A stretch of DNA of 64,000 nucleotides from Acidimicrobiales bacterium (lineage in GTDB: Bacteria; Actinomycetota; Acidimicrobiia; Acidimicrobiales; VFJN01), in the NCBI GenBank assembly GCA_035697145.1, contig DASSDL010000080.1:31562-95561 (forward strand), read 5' to 3'. Below the pieces are notes generated by a model. That model made no database searches. It worked only from the letters and a program-made list of their open reading frames with translations, and was not told where the DNA came from. A program made the position numbers and the translations under genes. This document shows positions 58,608 to 64,000 of this stretch, piece by piece. Position 1 is the stretch's first letter, and the number at the start of each line of letters is the position of its first letter.

Positions 58608-58616
58608 GGCAGCCGG

Positions 58617-59012
58617 CTACTCGGCCCGGTCGAGGTCGAGGGCGGCCGAGTTCAGGCAGTAGCGGAGGCCGCTGGGCTGCGGCCCGTCCTCGAAGACGTG
58701 CCCGAGATGGGAGCCGCAGCGGGAGCAGCGGACCTCGGTGCGGATCATGCCGTGGCTGGTGTCGGTGACGGTCTCGACCGCGTCGCTGTTCAGCGGTTCC
58801 CAGAAGCTGGGCCACCCCGTGCCCGAGTCGTACTTGGTGTCCGACGAGAACAGCGCCTGGCCGCAGGCCACGCAGCGGTAGGTGCCGTCGCCCTTCTCGT
58901 CCCAGTAGATCCCGGTGAAGGCCCGCTCGGTGCCACCGCGCCGGGCCACCTCGAACTGCAAGGGATCGAGTCGCTGGCGCCACTCCTCGTCGCTGGTCGG
59001 CAGGTCGGACAC
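58617..59012 (-). CDS. msrB: peptide-methionine (R)-S-oxide reductase
   Basis: [50 protein letters not shown] chose the GTG at 59012. The longest track ORF starts at the TTG at 59030. Confidence 0.95.
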   Translation of the reverse strand: MSDLPTSDEEWRQRLDPLQFEVARRGGTERAFTGIYWDEKGDGTYRCVACGQALFSSDTKYDSGTGWPSFWEPLNSDAVETVTDTSHGMIRTEVRCSRCGSHLGHVFEDGPQPSGLRYCLNSAALDLDRAE

Positions 59013-59022
59013 CGCGAAAACT

Positions 59023-59586
59023 CTAACCAAGCATCTCCGCCAGGCGGCGCGCGTAGGGCTCGGGGGACAGGCTCGCGGCGCGCTCCAGCGACTCCAGGGC
59101 GAAGACCACCTCGGTGCCGTGGCCGCGGCCCTGCAGGGTCACGAGCAGCGAGCACGTCTCGCCGGAGCGGTGCACGACGACCTCGAAGATGCCGCAGCTG
59201 CGGTCGACGTAGCTGACCGAACCGATCCCGTGGCCGGCTTCGAGCAGCAGGGCGAATGCCTCCGGCGGCGGGGCGGCCAGCAGCACCGTGTCCTCGCCGA
59301 CGACCGCGGTTCCGATCCTGGGTGGCGGAGGCGGAGGAGGCGGAGGAGGTGGGGCCGGCGGGCGCGGGGCACCGGTGGGCGCGGCTCCGGTCCCCACCGG
59401 CGATCCCTGCCGTCGTGCGCGGCTCAGGACCGCGTAGGCCTCGTTCAGCCGGACGGCCGCCCGGGTGGTCCCACCCGCCCGGTCGGGATGCGCGGCGCGG
59501 ATGAGGCGGCGGTAGGAAGCCCGCACGGCCTCCCAGCCGTCGCCCTCCGCCACCTCGAGCACCGTGTGGGCCTCGTGGACGTCCAT
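59023..59586 (-). CDS. J-domain protein with an 11-proline tract and an uncharacterised C-terminal domain
   Basis: In-frame ATG at 59586. [16 protein letters not shown] (HPD motif), [15 protein letters not shown]. These are the last 187 codons of an artefactual 663-aa track ORF. Confidence 0.8.
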   Translation of the reverse strand: MDVHEAHTVLEVAEGDGWEAVRASYRRLIRAAHPDRAGGTTRAAVRLNEAYAVLSRARRQGSPVGTGAAPTGAPRPPAPPPPPPPPPPPRIGTAVVGEDTVLLAAPPPEAFALLLEAGHGIGSVSYVDRSCGIFEVVVHRSGETCSLLVTLQGRGHGTEVVFALESLERAASLSPEPYARRLAEMLG

Positions 59587-59591
59587 GGGGC

Positions 59592-60998
59592 TCAGGCGGG
59601 TTCCAGGAACGCCGCCATCAGGGCCTGGTAGCTGGCGGGGTCGTGGCTGCCGGCGTGCTCCCGGGCGGCGTGCATGGCCAGCTGCGGCATGCCGACGTCG
59701 ACGGTGGTGATGCCGAGGCGCGCGGCCGTGACGGGCCCGATCGTCGACCCGCAGGGCAGGTCGCTGCGCATGGCGAACGCTTGCAGCGGAACCTTGGCCT
59801 GCTCGGCCGCGAGCGCCACCAGGGCACTGCCCGGGGCATCGGTGGCGTAGCGGACGTTGGCGTTGACCTTGACCGCCGGGCCGCCGTTGAGCGCCACCTC
59901 GTGCTGCGGATCGTGGCGATCGGCATAGTTGGGGTGGGTGGCGTGCGCCATGTCGGCCGACAGGCACGCCGAGCGCGCCAACGCTCGGTGCAAGCTGTCG
60001 CGGTCGCCACCCCGGGCCGACACGATGCGCTCGAGCACGCTCGGCAGCAGCGACGACGCCGCCCCCCGATCGGAGGTCGACCCGATCTCCTCGTGGTCGA
60101 ACAGGCAGACGACCCGTGCCGGCCCGTCGCCCTCGACGCCCGTCGATTCCGACACGTCGCACAGCGACTCGACCGCCGCCCAGCACGAGGCCAGGTTGTC
60201 GAGGCGCGCCGAGCCGATCAGCTCGTTGTCCCGCCCGACCAGCGTCCCGGGCGCCAGGTCGTGGAGCATCAGGTCCCACGAGAGCACGTCGTCGGCGTCG
60301 ACGCCCAGCTCCTCGGCCACGAACGCCCGGAATTCGCCCTCCACCGGGGCGGAGCCCGAGGCGACGCCCCAGATCGGGGAGAGATGATGCTGGGCGTCGA
60401 CGATCAGGCCCTTGTGGGTCACGTCGCGGTCCAGGTGGATCGCAAGCTGGGGGATGCAGCACACGGGCCGGTCGACCCGCAACAGGCGAAGCGTGGCGCC
60501 GGCACCGTCGCTCCGGATCGCGACCCGGCCCGACAGGCCCAGGTCGCGGTCGAGCCAGCTGTTGAGCAGCACGCCCCCGTAGGCCTCGACGCCGAGCTGC
60601 CGGGCACCCGCTCGCACCACGTCGGGTTGCGGCTTGACCCGCAGGTTGGGGCTGTCGGTGTGGGCGCCGACGATGCGGAAGCCGGCGTGGGGCTGGTGCT
60701 CGGCCGGCAACGACCAGGCGATGAGGCTGCCGCCACGGACGACGAACCAGCACCCGGGCTCGCCGGGCCAGACCGCGTCCTCGGCCAGCTGCGTGAACCC
60801 GGCCTCGCCGAGCATCGCGGCAGCGGTGGTGCAGGCGTGATACGGGGACGGGGAGGCATCGCAGTAGCCCAGCAGTCGCCGGACGGCGTCGAGCTCGGGA
60901 GGAAGGGGGTCGGGGCGTGACGAGTCGGCGGGTGGGGCCACAAGCGGACGATGGTAGGGCCTGCGGGGGACGAGACCCGAGGTCATGGGTTCCGCCAT
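59592..60998 (-). CDS. M18 family (aspartyl) aminopeptidase
   Basis: SPSPYHA, FRIVGAHTDSPNLRVKP, GGVLLNSWLDRDL, FDHEEIGS, HPNY. The start is ATG at 60998 (MAEPMTSG) or 60986 (MTSG). Confidence 0.9.
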   Translation of the reverse strand: MAEPMTSGLVPRRPYHRPLVAPPADSSRPDPLPPELDAVRRLLGYCDASPSPYHACTTAAAMLGEAGFTQLAEDAVWPGEPGCWFVVRGGSLIAWSLPAEHQPHAGFRIVGAHTDSPNLRVKPQPDVVRAGARQLGVEAYGGVLLNSWLDRDLGLSGRVAIRSDGAGATLRLLRVDRPVCCIPQLAIHLDRDVTHKGLIVDAQHHLSPIWGVASGSAPVEGEFRAFVAEELGVDADDVLSWDLMLHDLAPGTLVGRDNELIGSARLDNLASCWAAVESLCDVSESTGVEGDGPARVVCLFDHEEIGSTSDRGAASSLLPSVLERIVSARGGDRDSLHRALARSACLSADMAHATHPNYADRHDPQHEVALNGGPAVKVNANVRYATDAPGSALVALAAEQAKVPLQAFAMRSDLPCGSTIGPVTAARLGITTVDVGMPQLAMHAAREHAGSHDPASYQALMAAFLEPA

Positions 60999-61075
60999 TC
61001 CCACGCCGAGGCAATAGGTTCCGCCCTGGGAACCAATGACCTCAGGCTCACAACCGTGGAACCTATGACCTCGGG
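60976..61075. repeat. three copies of an 18-nt module GGAACCnATGACCTCrGG (one inverted, two direct)
   Basis: Copies at 60976-60993 (minus-strand orientation), 61029-61046 and 61058-61075. Coordinates were verified codon by codon against the track ORF 60951..61994. Confidence 0.85.
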
Positions 61076-61994
61076 CGCGGATGCCGTGCACGATCCGGCC
61101 GTGGTCACCGCCCCCACGCCCGCCCGGGCCCCGCCGGCCCTCGATCTCGTGATCGTCCACCGCCGGAGACCAACGGCGGCGGCGCGCACCGCCGGACTGT
61201 TCCTCGACCAGGGCGTGCCGGTGCGGGTGCTCGTGGTGGACAACGGGTCGTCGGAGACCGATGTGGCGCGCCTACGCGTGTCGCTACCCCAAGGCGTCGA
61301 CGTGTTGGAGCTGGGCGACAACACCGGGTTCGGACCCGGCGCCAACGCCGGGTTCCGCTGGTTCCTGAGCCACGATCCGGCCCCCTGGCTGGGGGTGGCG
61401 CCCCACGATGCCGAGCCGCAGCCCGGCTGCCTGGGCCGGCTGCTAGACGAGGTGGGCGCCCGACCCCGGGCCGGACTGGCGTCGGCCGACGTGGGCGACG
61501 GCCTCACCCCGGTGCTCGACCCCTACTTCGGGGCCATCCCGGCCGAGGCCACGGTCGCCGACGGCTGGGAGCCCGCCGGCTACGCCCATGGCACGCTGAT
61601 GGTCGCCCGACGCCAGTGCCTCGAGGACGTGGGCCTCTTCGACGAGCGCTACTTCGCCTACTGCGAGGAAGCCGAGCTGGCCTTGCGGGCCCGGGAGCGG
61701 GGCTGGGAGGTCGGCGTGGTGCGAGGCGCCGAGGTGCGCAACCAGGACGTCGGGTCCAACGCCGACGTCGTCGACTACCTGCAGCTCCGCAACACGCTGC
61801 TCATGGTGCGGGAGCACTCGGGCCGCTATCACGCCACCATCCGCCTGGTCATCGCCCTGTGGCAGCTGGGCGTCGGCCTGGCCGTCCCCGCCCGGCGGGG
61901 TCCCTACTGGTCGCCGCGGGCGCGGCTGCGTGCCATCGTCGACCACCTGCGCCGGCGCTACGGCCCGCCGCCGGCGGGGCTGCTGGCCCCTTAG
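61065..61994 (+). CDS. family 2 glycosyltransferase (rhamnosyltransferase-like)
   Basis: In-frame ATG at 61065. LDLVIVHRR..., VLVVDNGSSE, LGDNTGFGPGAN, YFAYCEEAELALR. Confidence 0.85.
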   Translation: MTSGADAVHDPAVVTAPTPARAPPALDLVIVHRRRPTAAARTAGLFLDQGVPVRVLVVDNGSSETDVARLRVSLPQGVDVLELGDNTGFGPGANAGFRWFLSHDPAPWLGVAPHDAEPQPGCLGRLLDEVGARPRAGLASADVGDGLTPVLDPYFGAIPAEATVADGWEPAGYAHGTLMVARRQCLEDVGLFDERYFAYCEEAELALRARERGWEVGVVRGAEVRNQDVGSNADVVDYLQLRNTLLMVREHSGRYHATIRLVIALWQLGVGLAVPARRGPYWSPRARLRAIVDHLRRRYGPPPAGLLAP

Positions 61995-62018
61995 AGCGCC
62001 TACGAAGAAAGCGGAATG

Positions 62019-62414
62019 CTACTTGCTCTTTAGATTCAACGCCGCGGCTTCACGAATGAGGTTCTTCAGTGCATCTTCGTTGATATCGTCATGTTCTTTG
62101 ATGTCGATGGCACGCCTGACCTTCCCGTCAAGGCTGGAGTTGAATAGACCTGAAGGATCGTTCAAAGCAGCACCCTTGAAGAATGTCAGCTTGACCATGT
62201 TCTTGTAGGTCTCACCAGTACAGATATCCCCGTTGTGGGACCAGACCGGTGTTCCGGGGTTCGTGGGTTTCACCCACTTCCACTCCTCGACGATGTCGGG
62301 GTCGGCTTCCTTGATGATTCCTCGCACTTTGCTGAGCATCTTGCCGCGCCAGTCGGCCAGCTCCCGAATCCTCTTGTCTAACAGTTTGGAAGCATTCGTC
62401 GTGTCATTTGCCAT
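62019..62414 (-). CDS. DUF1801 (YdhG-like) domain protein on a low-GC islet
   Basis: ELADWRGKMLSKVRGIIKEADPDIVEEWKWVKP...MVKLTFFKGAALNDPSGLFN...VRRAIDIKE. Lys-rich and AT-rich codons, unlike every neighbouring gene. Confidence 0.85.
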   Translation of the reverse strand: MANDTTNASKLLDKRIRELADWRGKMLSKVRGIIKEADPDIVEEWKWVKPTNPGTPVWSHNGDICTGETYKNMVKLTFFKGAALNDPSGLFNSSLDGKVRRAIDIKEHDDINEDALKNLIREAAALNLKSK

Positions 62415-62453
62415 TTGGATTCCCTACGCAGTTGAACGCAGCTCAGGTTACGC

Positions 62454-63125
62454 TCACGTCGGGAGCGTCGGGCGCACGACCCGGCGCTGCAGCCGGCCAC
62501 GGGCGTCCTCGAATCCCGGCAGCGGCGCCTGCAGGCTCAGTCCCAGCTCGGCGACCCTGGCCCCGACCAGGTCCTCGACAGTGGCCCAGTCGGTGGCGCG
62601 GGGACCGTCGATACCACGGTTGTAGGGCTGGTCGAAGACGATGACGTAGGCGCCCGTCTCGCGTAGGGCGACGACGTTGTGGGGAGCATCCTCCACGTAG
62701 CAGTCGGCCTCCACCTGGGGCTTGGCGCCCAGGAAGCACAGGTCGCGGTAGGGGATGTTCGTGGCGTCGAGCCAGTCCACGGTGTCGGCCACTGCGGTGG
62801 CGTGGCCCCAGTTGACGTACAGGCGGTGCGTGATGATGCGAATCCAGATGCCGGCGTCGGACAGCCTCCAGAGCACCTCGGCCACACCCTCGAAGGCCGG
62901 CATGGTCCGGAAGATCCGGTGCTCCAGGACCGCCGCCTGGTGGATCCGCTCGAACTCGGTGGGGGACAGGCCCCACTCGCGGAAGTCCCAGGAACGTTCG
63001 AGGGGGAGCGATTCGGGATCGACCTGCCGGTGCCGGGCGACGATGTCGCGCAGGGCGCCGGTGTAGTCGCCGCACACGCCGTCGAGGTCGACGCCGAAGA
63101 TGAAACTGCTGTCAGTGGCCGTCAT
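62454..63125 (-). CDS. HAD-superfamily 5'(3')-deoxyribonucleotidase-like protein
   Basis: In-frame ATG at 63125. IFGVDLDGVCGDYTGAL (DxDG nucleophile motif) and a later YVEDAPHN. ATGA overlap with the upstream gene. Confidence 0.75.
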   Translation of the reverse strand: MTATDSSFIFGVDLDGVCGDYTGALRDIVARHRQVDPESLPLERSWDFREWGLSPTEFERIHQAAVLEHRIFRTMPAFEGVAEVLWRLSDAGIWIRIITHRLYVNWGHATAVADTVDWLDATNIPYRDLCFLGAKPQVEADCYVEDAPHNVVALRETGAYVIVFDQPYNRGIDGPRATDWATVEDLVGARVAELGLSLQAPLPGFEDARGRLQRRVVRPTLPT

Positions 63126-64000
63126 GTGTCCGTGCGTCGAGCTTGCCACACCCGATCGACGATCACGTCGGCCACCACCAGCAGGATCGCCAGCCATCCG
63201 AACGGGTGCACACGGTCCATCTCGATGGGCCACTCGAAACCGGGCGCCGGCGCGTGGCGCACCTGGATGTAGAGGACGTAGAGGCCGGCAACCCCCAGGG
63301 CGAGCGGGCTCGCGAGCAGCAGCCAGCGGCGGAACGTCTCGTGACGCGCCCCCAGGCCGGCCGCCCCGCCCACGACCAGACCCACCGCCGGGCCCGCGAC
63401 GACGAACCCCAAGAGGCCGACGCCCAGCCCGGTCAGCACCGCCGTGCGCATGGTCGGGAGGGCGCCTTCGTAGCGGAACGCGAGCACCTTCGAGTAGGGC
63501 TCGGCCAGGGCCGACGGGGCGATGATCGCGGAGCGGGGCCGACGGATGGTCAGCAGCAGGCACACCGCTGCGGCCAGCGCCGACACTGCGATGGCGAGGT
63601 CGACGCGTCGTTGGGGGGCGAACCGCACGTCGACGACGAACGACTCGGCGTCGGGTACGACCTGCCAGCCGTTGGCAAACCCGTCGACCAGCTCGGGGTC
63701 GTCGATCCCCTCACCGTCGATGCTGGCGGACCAGCCATCGTTGAAGCTCTGTCCCAGCACCAGCCAGAACGGCTCACCGGGAGTCGCCCCGGAGACCTCG
63801 ACCTCCACCTGGTCCTGCCCGTCGTGCACGACGGTCACGCGCGGGGTGGCGGCGCCCTCGTCATCCGGGCGGGCGACGCTGGCCTCGGCCACCAGTGGCC
63901 CGGTCACCGGAGACGCCGCCCCGCCGGCCGCCGATCGCAGAACCAGTTGGTCGAGGTCAATCGCCAGGAAGTCCCCGGCGGTCGCCCGGACATCGTGGTC
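63122..64000 (-). CDS. C-terminal part of a large membrane protein (AftD / YfhO-like glycosyltransferase C-terminus); 5' end outside the window
   Basis: The reading frame stays open to position 64000 (my translation: DHDVRATAGDFLAIDLDQLVLRS...). It contains FWLVLGQSFNDGWSASIDG followed by 4-5 TM helices. Confidence 0.65.
   Translation of the reverse strand, partial: DHDVRATAGDFLAIDLDQLVLRSAAGGAASPVTGPLVAEASVARPDDEGAATPRVTVVHDGQDQVEVEVSGATPGEPFWLVLGQSFNDGWSASIDGEGIDDPELVDGFANGWQVVPDAESFVVDVRFAPQRRVDLAIAVSALAAAVCLLLTIRRPRSAIIAPSALAEPYSKVLAFRYEGALPTMRTAVLTGLGVGLLGFVVAGPAVGLVVGGAAGLGARHETFRRWLLLASPLALGVAGLYVLYIQVRHAPAPGFEWPIEMDRVHPFGWLAILLVVADVIVDRVWQARRTDT

Noticed and set aside
59587-61014. 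N-terminal 476 codons of the 663-aa minus-strand ORF
   Set aside because: They are out of frame with the M18 aminopeptidase, which has the clear motifs. Only the C-terminal 187 codons (the J-domain protein) look genuine.
61999-62432. CCTACGAAG / CCTACGCAG direct repeats flanking the low-GC islet, considered as a target-site duplication
   Set aside because: Only 8 of 9 nt match and the core is just 6 nt, which is too short to distinguish from chance without an empty-site comparison.

Overview
High-GC Actinomycetota-type chromosomal segment. It is almost fully coding, with about 62 protein genes, many joined by 1-8 nt start/stop overlaps. I recognised no rRNA, tRNA or CRISPR array. The ORF track is full of long antisense or read-through ORFs typical of high-GC DNA. 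I called genes by recognisable family motifs and re-derived the internal start codons in frame.

Content from left to right:
- A DUF4331 operon.
- AraC and VOC genes.
- A LuxR-type two-component pair divergent from an MMPL transporter.
- A MarR-GNAT fusion, DUF899, a YcaQ/AlkZ-like protein, an alcohol dehydrogenase and an LLM oxidoreductase.
- A 1092-aa SNF2 helicase.
- A DUF35 plus thiolase pair.
- An intein-containing radical SAM gene.
- ArsR plus MFS.
- A TetR-controlled GNAT / cNMP-binding / PEP-mutase / DinB operon.
- A large nucleoside-salvage supercluster: deoC, two ALDH genes, add, deoA, cdd, a BMP-type ABC importer, a phospho-sugar mutase, upp and PfkB. It is interrupted by a DUF222/HNH gene.
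- menB.
- A homogentisate cluster (hmgA, an unknown gene, fahA).
- An LCP gene and cobU-cobS-cobT.
- CYTH-CHAD plus ParA.
- msrB, a J-domain protein and an M18 aminopeptidase.
- A GT2 gene, a low-GC DUF1801 islet, a nucleotidase and a truncated large membrane protein.

Most noteworthy findings:
1. A 162-codon mini-intein sits inside the CxxxCxxC iron-sulfur motif of the radical SAM protein.
2. A Pat-type GNAT and a stand-alone cNMP-binding protein are encoded as separate, translationally coupled genes.
3. An uncharacterised gene sits exactly where a maleylacetoacetate isomerase would be expected, between hmgA and fahA.
4. A CYTH-CHAD protein is translationally coupled to a ParA-type ATPase.
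5. An 18-nt ATG-containing module occurs three times in one divergent intergenic region.
6. A signal-less DUF4331 protein lies next to a Tat-signal mini-protein.

All functional calls come from my own motif recognition and none was checked against a database.
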